Source: Lingula anatina
Taxonomy: Eukaryota; Animalia; Brachiopoda
DNA: 64,000 bases
Direction: 5' to 3'
NCBI GenBank assembly: GCA_051362555.1
Contig: CM120645.1
Span: forward strand, 10,974,001-11,038,000
The notes beneath the pieces were generated by a model, which searched no databases, had not been told where the DNA came from, and saw only the letters and a list, made by a program, of their open reading frames with translations. Every line of letters starts with the position of its first letter. Position 1 is the first letter of the stretch. A program made the position numbers and the translations under genes. This document shows, piece after piece, positions 37,989-51,212 of this stretch.

Positions 37989-39206
37989 TTGTCAATGGAT
38001 GAAAAGATCATGTGAGAGAAAGCACTGAAATTGATGAGCAAATCCTTTCTTTTTTCGAATTATTATGACCAATTCGTTTAGCAAGTCAATTTAATTAACG
38101 TTTCTCTAATTGAAACGCATGCTCTATGAGAATATCTCTCTCTCTCTCTCTCTCTCTCGCACACAAACGAGCGCATGAGCACTTATAATTTTTTTCTTTA
38201 TGAATGTATTTATACAGCTGGAAGCGAGTGTACTTTGCCAAAACTGGCCTGACGCCAATGCCAAACCAGCTCCGAACTGCACAGTGAAAAACTGGAGCGC
38301 CACAAGCGACCTCTATGTGAACACAGTGGCTTCAAATGTCGGCGATGTATCTTTTACCGTTATTGTGGAGTTTGTAAAAGTTGCATCAGATTCGGATTTA
38401 GAAAAGGCAAGGTCAATTCAACATTCGCCACAGACACTTAAAAAGTTATACATTTCCACTTAAAGTGGTCCAAGTACTTGTAATGGTAAAAAGTTCCTAT
38501 TGAAGACATAGGCTTAGCATGTAGACAATAAACATGAACTTGCGGTGCTGATAACTTTGTGATAAAATTTTAATGTTGTTCGCTATCTTATTTATTTTGA
38601 ACAATATGAATGTAAATTTGAGTTTGTCTCCACAATCCTCTCTTCAAGTGAACTGATAAACTAGAACAATGGACAACTTCTGACTTTTAGATGTCGATGA
38701 CACAGATCTGCCATAGCGTACATATTTATTTTATTTATTAGATAAATCCTCCAAAGTCCATGAACCTGAAGAGCTATATTGGTGCGGGGCTCGTGTATCT
38801 GGACCAGGTTGTGCACATAGACAAACCTTTCCAAGTCGTATACGGCCAGAGTCTCATCCTCGAAATCACCTTCTGCCCAAACCCGCAGACCACCAAAAAC
38901 TACCGCATCGATAGCACAATATTTGGTATGGGGCCTGACGCCGCGTTTGCGCAGTACGTCTGTAAGATTTTGCCATGCAACGATCATCAGGACGCCATAG
39001 CCAGTAACCCTTATCAGCTGCCACTCAATTCTCTTTCCGTGTCCACTACAACGGCCGACTTGACCACTCTCTACATCGCCGTGGTCGGTTGGGGCGGGGA
39101 GTACGACCCCAGCGTCCACGCGTACGTGGGCTCTTTCGTATATGGAGCGTCACTGTCGGTTCAACCAGCACACAAAGAAAAGGAGTTTAGATTCATTCCG
39201 TATTGA
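37281..39206 (+). CDS. Uncharacterised secreted protein, copy 1 (~307 aa, 4 exons)
   Basis: Exons 37281-37332 (signal peptide MSAALFSLCVLLFCFEEG), 37724-37941, 38218-38406 (GC donor AAG|GCAAGG) and 38742-39206. The total is 924 nt, open, and conserved in copy 2. Confidence 0.8.
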
Positions 39207-41021
39207 AACGATTAGATCTACATATCCGAAATGAAAGTGATAAGACAAATTTGTTTGAAAAAGGACTTCATCTTTTTAATCTGCTAATTTTTTGGTTCCT
39301 TATAAAATTGAAGTAGTTCGATTGAAGATATCTTCATCTTGGATTTATATCTGTTTGTAGATGAATCTTTGTTGTGTGTTACTATGATGTGACCGCCAGG
39401 CGTTGTACAAAATCAAAAATATATTTCAACACAGCTTCTGAAGTTTGTGACCTAAACTGCAAATAATTTTTAGCAAAATAACGATGACATAGAAAAGACA
39501 AACCTGTTGTAATTTTCTTCTTTAAAACTCATACTGATAGCTTAAAAGTATCTTAAGTAAGCTGATTTGATGCACATAACCTAAAGAATCTAACTGCCTG
39601 ATTTTCAATTCCTGTAACTCATAATTAAATCACACCAATAAATCGATGTTTGATATGCAATTGTGCAGTTTCATATATTTTTCAAAGGATATCGCGGTAT
39701 CAAAAAATGTTTCCCACAGTCCACGCTTCCAGTCTACCTCTTTCTTCAGGTGCGAGAAAAAAGAGGTTTCGACTCAAAAACTTTCGTATCAATAACATTA
39801 TGAATCATCAAAAAATCATCCTCCAAAAACGAGCAATATCGAAATTGAGCCATAACTGGACGATGGCAATGGCTGATTCACCAAGCGCAATACTAGCTGA
39901 GGACATTTGGAAGATGTCAAAATTCTGTAATAAATGTTTTCCTCAATATATGGCAGGTTCCCAACTTTGTGACACTGGGCTTTTACAAAAATAAATAAAT
40001 AAATAAATAAAGAGAGGGTAAACAATGACCAGTTTATGTGCAGGTGTTACTATCATGTAGTCAGGCCATCAATTTCCAAACAATATTTATATTTGTTTGT
40101 GCTGATGAAGCTGGAGACTTTCCAATTATATAAAATGACTTATCAGATGTACATCACGATTTTGATGTTGTGATAATGTGCACTGTGCCCTGCCCTCAGT
40201 TGTAATTGTGACTAGAGGTGTTCATTCTTCTTCATATTGATGACACATATATGCCATAGCCTTTATATTATCTTCATTAGATAAATCCTCCTAAGTCCAA
40301 ACTTCATAAGTTACACAGGTGCATGTTCGTTCAGTGGCGCTGCAGAAGCGGCGAAACGAAGATTGTGTTTTTTTATCGGAGATTGTGATAGAACAGCTGT
40401 CGCAACATTGTAAGCTTTGTACTAATATCTCTATTTGAGTCTTACTTTTGGACATAATGTTTTAATTGTTATCTCGTAATTGGCTTTACCAAGACCAGTG
40501 TTTCATCCTTGCCTTGTTTTCTATTTTTTTGATTGGTGAACACGAAAAAAATATGCTCACACTTGTCGATAAAACAGCAGTTTTAAGACGTGTATTTTTC
40601 TCAAAGGACAAGACAGAAGACGAAGTTTGTATTATGAAAAAGTATATTTGAACTTAAATAAATTAATACTGAAAAAAATACCACTTTATACACAAGTATC
40701 CTGAAAGTAAGAAGACCTTTATAAACGACTTATTTCGAAGTATTTAGGTCAAATACAATCAGACACGAAACTTCTTATCATTTCCTAGACATGGCAAAGA
40801 GCGACTGACAAAATATTTGAATCACATTAAATGAAACTAGTGCTTTGATTGATAAGGTTGGGAGAACTGATACCATGATACATCCGTAACCTTCAGACTG
40901 ATCGAACTTGTGTCAATATAGGAGTGACGGCATGTCCTTGTCTCACGTATTAATATATATATATTCAGTCCCTGCAACTTTCATTGTACTAAATGTTGTA
41001 AGGGGTCCTTGAAAAGACAAC

Positions 41022-41102
41022 ATGTCTGCCGCGCTGTTTAGTCTGTGTGTTCTGTTTTGTTTCGGAGAAGGTAAGGGGTTGGTGGGTGAATGGGGAACGG
41101 GA

Positions 41103-41179
<77 letters not shown>

Positions 41180-43186
41180 TAACTTGATGATTTAAATGTT
41201 GGTATTTTAATCAGGGTCTGTTCCAGGACTATTTGAAGGGGGATGGGTCAACGGATGCGAAAAGTTTTGGTATTTAAGCGGGCGAACAGTGCCATTTGGC
41301 ACGGTTTAGAACTTTTTTTCAACCATTCAAAATTCTAATTTCGAGAGGGAACCATTGGTGTGAATTTTTTTTTAGAAATCGAAGGGGGGTCTGGACCCTC
41401 CTGACACCCCCTCTAAATCCACCACTGTAAATGATTGTTTTATTATGTTTATTTGAAATTAACCGTCACGCCGTCACGTTAACCGTTATTGTTTAATGCA
41501 AAATTATCACGGACCTTAACATGGACTTTAGGCATGTATTGGCTAAGCAATTTGTTCGTCTGTTTTATATATTTAATTACCATTTTTATTCTTTATAACT
41601 CTGAACGATGATAGTGAGTTGGGTCCCTTTTGTTTAAGGCTTAAGCCAGACCCCCATTGAGACAGGTACCCGGTACGTGACCGGGGCCATACAGACAACA
41701 AAACCCGTAGGGAAAGGTACCTACGTGGCCAGCCTCTGCGACGCCTTCAAAGGTAAAGATGTCGTTGTCAGCGTAGTGCTCCAGAGAAACCCAGAATGGA
41801 ACCCGACTTTCGGGGTGGTCAATTTCACGGTCACTACAGCACCAGTGGCTGGCAACGTGAGTGCTTTTCCATTTACTTATTTATTTATTTATTTATTTAT
41901 TTTCAATGGATTCAGTTCCTCAGCTTTATAAAAAGATAATGTGCCAGAAAGCACTGAAATTGATGAGCAAATCCCTGTTTTTTCGGATTGTCTTTCTTGA
42001 CCACGTGGTTCACATTATCTCTCTGTTAAGCAAGTTAAATTAATGAAAGTTTGTCTAATTTAAACGCATACTTTTTGAGAATCACTCTCTCTTTCTCTCT
42101 TTCTCTCTCTCTCGCTCTTTCTCTCTCATGCACTCACGCGCGCACGAGCACCTATTATCTTCTTTTGAATGCATTTATACATATGTGGATGTCCAGCTGG
42201 AAGCGAGTGTACTTTGCCAAAACTGGCCTGACGCCAATGCCAATCCAGCTCCAAACTGCACGGTGAGAAACTGGGTCGCCACAAGCGACCTTTATGTGAA
42301 CACAGTGGCTTCAGATGTCGGGGATATATCTTTTACCGTTATTGTGGAGTTTGTAAAAGCTGCATCAGATTCGGATTTAGAAAAGGCAAGGTCAATTCAA
42401 CATTCGTCACAGACACTTAAAAAGTTATATATTTCCACTTAAAGTGGTCCAAGTTCTTGTTATGATGAAAAGTTCCTATTGAAGACATAGGCTTAGCATG
42501 TAGACAATAAAAATGCACTTGCAATGCCGATAACTTTGTGATAAAATTATAATGTTGTTCGCTATCTTATTTATTTTGAACAATCTTAATGACATTTTGA
42601 ATTCTTCTCCAACATCTTCTCTTTCAAGTACACTGATAAACTAGAACAATGGATGACTGCTGACTTTTAGATGTCGATGACACAGATCTGCCATAGCGTA
42701 CATATTTATTTTATTTATTAGATAAATCCTCCAAAGTCCATGAACCTGAAAAGCTATATAGATGCGGGGCTCGTGTATCTGGACCAGGTGGTGCATATAG
42801 ACAAACCTTTCCATGTCGTATATGGCCAAACTGTCATTCTCGCAATCACCTTCTGCCCAAACCCGCAGACCACCAAGAACTACCGCATCGACAGCACCAT
42901 ATTTGGTATCGGGCCTAACGCCGCGTTTGCGCAGTACGTCTGTAAGATTATGCCATGCAACGATCATCAGGACGCCATCGCCAGTAACCCTTTTCAGTTG
43001 CCACTCAATTCTCTTTCCGTGTCCACTACAACGGCCGACTTGACCACTCTCTACATCGCCGTGGTCGGTTGGGGCGGGGAGTACGACCCCAGCGTCGGCA
43101 CATACGTGGGCTCTTTCGTATATGGAGCGTCACTGGCGGTTCAATCACCACACAAAGAAAAGGAGTTTAGATTCATTCCGTATTAA
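41022..43186 (+). CDS. Uncharacterised secreted protein, copy 2 (~306 aa, 4 exons)
   Basis: Exons 41022-41070, 41639-41856, 42197-42385 and 42722-43186. Same phases as copy 1, a 3-nt indel in the signal peptide, and no stops. Confidence 0.78.
41107..41178. repeat. (TA)n microsatellite
   Basis: Direct reading. It replaces part of the copy-1 intron 1 sequence. Another long (TA)n lies at 61262-61342. Confidence 0.9.
41212..41427. mobile_element. ~216-bp insertion with CAG...CTG ends (non-autonomous DNA element)
   Basis: Present in intron 1 of copy 2 but absent at the equivalent site in copy 1 (TTTTAAT|GATT at ~37530). A similar CAG/TAG..CCTG element lies at ~20637-20817. Confidence 0.6.
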
Positions 43187-45496
43187 AACGATTAGACCTA
43201 CATACCTGAAATGAAAGTGATAAGACCAATTATTTGAATAAGAACTTTATCTTTTTAATCCGCTAATTATTTGGTTGTTTAAAAATATTGAAGTAGTTCG
43301 ATTGAAGTTGTCTTGGACATGGATTTCTATTTGTTTTTAGATGATTCTCGGTAACTATGATGTGGCAGCAAGGCGTAGTACAAAATTACACATATTTCAG
43401 CACAGCTTCTGAAGTTTGGGGCCCGATTGGGAAATGATTTTATCATAATAATGATGACATAGAAAAGAGAAACCTGTTGTAATTTTCTTCTTTAAAACTG
43501 ATAGCTTATGAGTACGTAAAGTAAGCTGGTTTGATGCATAAAACCTAAAAATTTTACTGCTTGTTTTTCAAGAACTTTGACGCATAAATAAATCACACTA
43601 ATACTTTAAATATCCATGTTTTATGTGCAATTGTGCAGTTTCATATATTTTTCAAAGGATATCACGGTATCAAAAAAAGGCTTCCCATAGCCCACTCCTC
43701 CGATCTACCTCTTTTCTTCCGGTGCAAAAAATAGTATGAGGATTCGACTCGAAAACTTCCGTGTCAATATCATTACGCTAAGGTGTTTGACGAAAAAAAA
43801 CAAAACAAAACGATCATCTCCCAAAAACACGCAATATTAGCGAAATTAAGCAATGACCGGACAATCGAAATGGCTGCGCAGTACTACCTGAGGAGATTTG
43901 GAAGCTGTCAGAATTTTGTAATAAATGTTTTTTCTCAATATACGTAAACTATGGCAGGTTCCCAACTTTGTGACACGAGGCTTTTACAAAAATAAATAAA
44001 TAAATTAGCAAACAAATAAATAAATAATGTACATGTTTTGCTATCATGTTATCATGCTTTCAATTTTCAAACAATATTTATATTCATTTGTGCTGATCCA
44101 CCTGGAGGCTTTCCAATTATATAAAATGACTTATCAGCTGTACATCATGATTTCGATGTTGATAATGTGCACTGTGCCCTGCCCTCAATTGTAATTGTGA
44201 GAAGAGGTTTTCATTCTTCTACATATTGATGGCACGCATATGTCATAGCCTATATATTGTCTTCATTAGATAAATCCTCTAAAGTCCAAACTTCAAAAGT
44301 TACATAGATCTATGCGTGTTCGGTCAGTGGCGCTGCAGTAGCAGAGACACGAAGATTGCGTTTTGTTTTTATCGGAGATTGTGATAGAACAGCTGTCGCA
44401 ACATTTTGATTTTGTACAAATATCTATATGTTTTACTTTTGGACATTATTTTTAAATTCTTATCTCTTAATTGGCTTTACCAAGACCAGTGTACCATCCT
44501 TGACTTGTTTTCTATTTTCATGATTGGGGAAATGAAAAAAAATATGCTCACACTTGTCGATAAAACAGCAGTTTTAAGACGTGTATTTTTCTTAAAGGAC
44601 AAGACAGAAGACGAAGTTTGTATTATGAAAAAGTATATTTGAACTTAAATAAATTAATATTGAAAAAAATACCACTTTATACACTAGTATCCTGAAAGTA
44701 TGGAGACCTTTATAAACGACTTATTTCGAACCTTTAAGACGTGTATTTTTCTCAAAGGATAAGACAGAAGACGAAGTTTGTATTATGAAAAAGTATACTA
44801 AAACTTAAATAAATTAATACTGAAAAAAATACCACTTGATACACAAGTATCCTGAAAGTATGAAGACCTTTATAAACGACTTATTTCGAAGTATTTAGGT
44901 CAAATATAATCAGTCACGAAACATTTTATCACTTCCGAGACATAGAAAAGAGACACTGACATGACATAGATTTGAATCACATTAAATGAAACTAGTGCTT
45001 ATTGGCCAGGCTAGTAAAAATTCTCTTTGATGAAAGGTTTTCTATAATTCTCAACGTCTTTGAACCTATCATAGAACAGAGCCAATACCTCCTTTTTGAG
45101 GCATGCAACGTCTACTCGGTATGTCAATTTACACAGATTTGACACCTTGCTACTGGCACACCCTACAGTGGCAGTGGTGTTGATATATAATTGTGTCACT
45201 TTAAAGGATTGCAACTGCCCCATCACGCAAACAGCAATTTGACAAGAAACCATTCATCTCGTTACCTTAAACGTTTTTGCGTACCGCTTATTTTCTTGAT
45301 GCTTGACCTCACAAGGATAATTTTTGAAATAAAATGCCAAAGCTACGAACTGCAGATTTCTTACGATTGCTGCTTAGGAGTTTATCTTTGATTTTTGACT
45401 TCGTCAACAATAGATATATGCAATTTGCAGCAGTTAAGGCAACCCTGGTGTATAAATACGACAAGAATGACATGAATGAAAACCTCATTAGACAAA

Positions 45497-48400
45497 TTAG
45501 CTTCTATCACTACTATCACTATCACAAAGGGTAACATCCATGGCGTCATAATAGTCCTGTGCCGAGGACTCAAAGTTAGAACAGGTTGTGAATCCTCTGG
45601 GTTTATGAAGCTTTCCTTGCTCTCTGGCAGCCTCGTTCATCATGAACGCCATCCCTCCTGTTGCGTGCATTTCTATGTGACAATGGACCAACCACCAACC
45701 TAAAATGTACAGAGAATATTTCAGGCTTAATAATGCTATACAAATGTGATTAATGATTTGTACCTTGTGGTTATTCGTTTGGACAATTTGTATCATATTT
45801 ATAATTGTTTGTTTACTGAAAAAAAAACAATATATACTGGGAACAAGAATGCTGTTAGGGCAAAAGAAAAATAATTCTATTATTGCTCTCTGGTCTTTTA
45901 ACAGATAGATGTTATTCCTTATTCCAAAATATGAAAATAAAACAGAAGTATGAACCTGTTCAAGACAACACAAATAATAATAGTTAAGACATTTTGCTGT
46001 CGGGCAGGTTTTAGAGTTAGATAAGCTCATGTTTACTGGTCATTTCAAGTGGAAAACAACAAAAAGCAATTTGATATAAACAAACTACCCACCTGGATTA
46101 TTGGCCATTATCCTAACCACTGTGTACCCCCCTGCCGGCACGATGATGGTGTCTTTCTGCAGAGGATGATTCAGTTCCAGTCCCTGAATTCTGTTCGGGT
46201 CACGGTTCCAACGTCTTCTCACAAAACGCGGGTTGTTACACAGAACCACGCCCCCCGTGGAGTTAGTCAGGTGCCTATTGCTGCAGAGCAAAAATAGAAA
46301 AGGCTGAATTAAATTAAGATATTCCCTTTTTGTCATGCTACTTGAAGAGGGTACGCCAAAGTGAAATTTTAATATTCTTAATATAATATTATTCCCTGAC
46401 ATAGCCTAGCATCCTATAAAATTAGATTCATAATTAGATCAGGCTGTTTGAAATGAGTAAGTAAAGGGCACTGTTATCAACAGATGATATTAAAACAATT
46501 CCATGCTAAATACACCACCAGTGCACATAAATGCAAATATACATGATTATATAAAATCCAACTTAAATCGGTGGCAACAGCGTTCTGGCTTGGCTTGAAT
46601 TAATTGGAAAATCATCTACATGTCCACTCTTGAACATACCTGTCGTCAATAGTGGTACAGCACTGCGTCTCATCATCCGGGCAAGGACAGCAGATGTCCG
46701 GATGTATCTTATTAAAGAGACCGTCCGGGGACTGCTCTGGATAGGCCACCTTCAGCACGTAGAAACTGTGGCCATGCATGTGAACGGGGTGCGGGGCGCC
46801 AGCTGGAATGAGGGGTTATATGTTTGATCAAATATTAATACATGTCTTATACTATAACTTAACAAAACTTCACGTGCGTCGATATTTTGTAACGTATAAA
46901 ATAAACTCACTTAGCTATGTTAATAAGGGCGCTATGCGTAAATGCCTTTGAAAATCGTTCTGAATTTTTTTAATAAGATGCAACACAACACGTAACTCGT
47001 ACACAGAACATTGGGAACATTGGACACAGGCAGTGTTTTCACAAAAGAGCATACATGTGTACATGTGAATGAGAAATTAAATTTTTCACATAAAAATGAA
47101 ACCTGCTTTACTTCTACTTACTGTTGGCACCACCTGCCCCAACGTTGGTAAAGACAAACTGGTAAGGCCTGTTGTAGTTCAGATTGACAGTGCCGGTACA
47201 TTTACATCCTCCTAGGTTATCTGAGTCTCGGCAGGTGCCCGGACACTGTGTAATGGACCCGGGAAGGAGGTCCGGCTGAGAGAGAGGAGGGGAGGTCGGT
47301 TCCCGGAATGATATCCCGTTCACACCTGGTCCTCCTGTCTGGAAGGCAAAGTTCATCCAGAGGTTTTCGGATCTTTCAATACCTGGTTCCCCTACACCAG
47401 GTACCTGGACAGCACCCATTCTGTTCTTGAACTCCCCCGGGTTGATACACCTGGCATTGTAACTGGGAGGGAGGATGTTGTAATTGCAGTTGACGATTAC
47501 ACACTTTTTGTTGGGGTTCCTAACGCAAGGGCGAGGAACATCGCGGACGTCTTCGGGATAGATGTAAGGGCTTGTCTCGTCTCCGTAGATCAGCAGCGCC
47601 TTGCCTTCCTGGAGGGAGTAGTTGCCGATGTCATAGCCTGGATCACTGATGTGAGGAGCAGCCCTGATCCAGTATGCTTGTCGGTTTCGTGGATTGTGAG
47701 CACGGATGACGACATCGTATCTCTCACCGGGGTTAACGATCAGACTTTCCACGCCTCGTATCGGTACCATGTCGAACCCGTCGGATGCGATAACGGTCAT
47801 TAGATGAGCATCGACGGAGAACCTTAGAGCAAACTGTAGCTGAGCACCAATGATACGGAACCTGTATTTCTGAGGCTTCATGTCGTCATGCGGTTGGTCA
47901 ACGTAGAATCGTTCATAAGGAACCTTGTTGTTCTCCTCTGGAGCGTCTTGGTGCCACAGTGGATTTTCAAAGCGCCCTCTACCATTGATTAAAGCCGACA
48001 CGTAAGGTATCCCAGCAACGGCGACGCCATCGGGTCCAAAACTGAGGCTGAAACGATCCTCTGTTGTTGGAAACACAGGATTATTGGGCCAGAACCAACC
48101 TCCGCCATTTTGTTGAAGCCAAACGTCCGACGTCTGCTCGTGTTGCCAGTCCAGGAGAGTGACCACGTGCTTGTCATGTGGTGATGGGCCATTGAGAGTG
48201 GCTGCGAAACCGAGGTCTGGTCGGTGGTCGTATTCTACGGCATTAGGTTCGTTATCTTCGTGAATAATGAGAGCTCCTAGTCCGCCATCTGAGCGTTTTC
48301 CAGCTGTATGGGCGTGATACCAGAAGGTTCCTTGACATGGGCAATCAAAATGGTTAGTTGACGATAAAAGTAAATTATAGGATAACTTAGATGCCTATGA

Positions 48401-50202
48401 TAATGCAAGTGGTTAAGGTTCTTTTGAGAAAAGTTTTGATTGACCCTAATACCATTCATCTGCTATGGCTATGCTTATGTTTTGTTACATATAACAAACA
48501 AAACCAGTGATGGAATTGAAAAAAGTAATTATTATTGAAAAAATTTATCATACATTAAAAACTGTAATTAGCAGTTGGCGAATATAAGATGTCTTTAACT
48601 TAGAGAAGTGTTACTTACCAGCAGGATCCGCCTTAAATCTGTAGGTAAAGGTTTGTCCTTTCTCAATGGGACACTGTGTGATCATAGGGACGCCGTCCAT
48701 GAACGGGGTCAGGTACTGGAACTGACCATGCCAGTGAATGGCCAGTGGACTGTCGTACAGGTGGTTGGTCACGTGGATGACCATTTGGGCTCCAACTTTA
48801 CCCTATGGAAATGATGGAGAATGAGTTATAAATAAATAAATAAATAAATAAATGATACTAACTAATACATGCAGGATTTATAACATCATTTTCCTGTTTT
48901 AAGCCTTCAGTGATACCCTAACAGTAAATATATCTTTTTTTCAACTCACTGGTAATTACCTTGTTTGTGATAAAGTTGAAATAGTTAACTTACTCTCAAA
49001 ATTGGACCAACTAATGAACCATTCACTGTGACGATTCTGCGGAATATACCATCGCCAGTGTTGATGCTTTCTGAAATAGAAATGGGGTATCTTTATAGAA
49101 ACAATACCAAAATAATCGGATTGTATCCGATTTTTGGATTGGCTAGAAAATGGGACCTTTACTAAGAGATTATAACAGAGTATAGCCATCAATGGAGGTC
49201 ATGTGATCTAAAGACAAGCTCAGATATCAGAACAATAGCTATAACTGCCGCTTTTGTGGTAAAACAGAATATATCATATTTCTATGTGTTGTTCACAATG
49301 TTTTTATTGTGAAATATAGATCTCATACGAAGAGTTATTATCACTTTATTAGTATCTTTTACGAGGGGATCGTTTGATGTACCCTAAAAGTACCTTTAGG
49401 GTACATAGTTTTGTAAACAACTTCATTAACAATTAAAATGAAAACTCACCAAAAGGGATGGAGGCAACCGAGTCATTCCCCCCGCAGTTTCCGCCCTCCG
49501 TCAGTTTGCAGGCCACGCAGCCATTTTCCAACCGGGAGCCATCGGGTTTGGTGCAGTCGGCTACCACCCGGTCGTTTTCATATGTCATCGTGTAGGCATC
49601 AGCGAATTCCAAGTGGTACTCGCATACTGAAAGTAATCAAATAAGGAAAAAATTAAGCAATGAAACGATAATAATTTTCCAAGGCGAACGGGTATATTTT
49701 ACCATATATTTCACCAATGCCATACTGCCACCACTGCCAGTTTCTACAAAATCTGTATTCATAAGTAATAGTGAGATAAGAGTGTAAAAAATAAACGGCA
49801 GTTATTATTTAATGTTGGTATCAAAAGTCAGATATATATAAGCAACATTAATCTAATGAAGTATGTCCAAAGAGTATTGCACTGTTTCAGAAAAATACCT
49901 AAACGTCCGCTTTTATGCATACAACCGTCAAAATTTCCAGAACATTGCTTGGGAACCTGAAATATGAAATATATATAAATGTAAATTATAAAAGTTAAAT
50001 CCATATTATATGAAAATTAGGTGTACATATAAAATGCGTATATGAATTTGATCGCTTGCTTTGAATGGTCAATGCCTAACATCTTAAAAAAGCTACAATT
50101 AAAAGACACAATCATTAAAACTAATATCGAATTAAGAGCACTGCTTACCAAAATTACAAATAGCAATGTGGACACAAACCCACAATATTTCAGCATTCCC
50201 AT
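45497..50202 (-). CDS. Laccase-like multicopper oxidase A (~770 aa, 9 exons, secreted)
   Basis: Exons (minus): 50149-50202, 49899-49956, 49450-49626, 48994-49070, 48619-48802 (IHWHG..MDGVP.ITQCPI), 47122-48330 (WYHAH), 46640-46802 (HPVHMHG), 46093-46280, 45497-45699 (HCHIEMHATGGM). The total is 2313 nt in frame, with all four copper motifs intact. Confidence 0.92.
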
Positions 50203-50298
50203 TATCGCATGTACAAGTACAAAAATAGTCAAGAAGATTTTAAAAGTGTTCCGATATTCGTCAGTTGAAATTCTGTTGAGACCTCTTACCTACTCTAC

Positions 50299-50305
50299 TT
50301 TTATA
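50299..50305 (-). promoter_or_regulatory. TATA box of laccase A
   Basis: TATAAAA about 100 bp upstream of the ATG. The same position is TATAAAA in paralogue C (63786) and GATAAAA in paralogue B (59425-59431). Confidence 0.6.
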
Positions 50306-50972
50306 CGCTCCCGAATTTTATCAAAATATCTCACAGTGACAAAGGGACGGCAATTAAGACGTCATCTCAAATGTTTTTCGAAATAATCTTCAGGTGCATC
50401 AGTGTCCAGACATCAGTTTATCGATGTAATACACAGTTAGTAACACGCGGGTTTAAGACTTTCAAGTTCAAATGCCCGTGTTCCCTTAACTGACCATGAA
50501 GTGAATTCTAGACCAAGGTTGCCATTTAGATGCAGTAGCTGCACCGGTAAACCGCACTTGAACCTTTCCCGAGGGTTCCCCTGGGTATTTTCGTTTCTCC
50601 AGAGAGCCACTTTTTATTTCCCCCGAGATGCGTGAAACGCTCATATTATTTAGCGTGTTTTGACAATAACTGCATTCCTGTTATTCGTGAACGCGTCTTT
50701 TTACTCTTCGCCCTTCGTGAAACGAAATCTCTATGCCTGGTGATTCCTGATTTTCAGGACTTTCGATTTGTATTATAAGTGAGATATGGACAAAGTTTAA
50801 TTTACTGTGATTTGTGAATTTATCATTCCCGGGAACTGCGATGACTACCCCCCGTTGGGATCCTCTTGCTTATCGCTTATTTTCGTATTAATGTGTACCA
50901 CTGCACACAGTATCCGTACCGTGACTTGACGACGGACCTTATCTTTTGAACGTCCATTTGCCCCAATACGTA

Positions 50973-51212
50973 CACACACTGGACAATAGAAGTGTCACCC
51001 CTACTGAACCAAAACTTTGGGGGAGATAAATGACTGTGGAATGATATGCTCTTGGTATCATTTTTATTAACATCAAATTTAAAAAAAGAAACGGTTCTAA
51101 CTGAACAATTCAACTGTATCGATATTCTGACATTGCTTGTATTCTGCCTCTTCAGGTTAATAACTTTGATTATTCTGATTCAGGGGGTGACACTTCTATT
51201 GTCCAGTGTGTG
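50973..51212. mobile_element. Tc1/mariner-type MITE, 240 bp, in the laccase A upstream region
   Basis: TA|CACACACTGGACAATAGAAGTGTCACCCC ... GGGGTGACACTTCTATTGTCCAGTGTGTG|TA. Absent from the homologous upstream regions of laccases B and C. Confidence 0.85.

Larger units (their letters stand above)
37085..45000. repeat. Tandem segmental duplication, unit ~3.8-4.1 kb, junction at ~40845
   Basis: GATTGATAAGGTTGGGAGAACTG starts both units (37085, ~40847), and GAAACTAGTGCTT ends both (~40832, ~44988). Confidence 0.85.

Noticed and set aside
38661-39119. 152-aa minus-strand ORF (and 42641-42967)
   Set aside because: Antisense shadow of exon 4 of the secreted-protein gene.
49716-49752. Candidate laccase micro-exon conserved in A and B
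   Set aside because: Exons 2 and 3 already join in frame (GRL-V-CEYHL), and the surrounding intron is similarly conserved.
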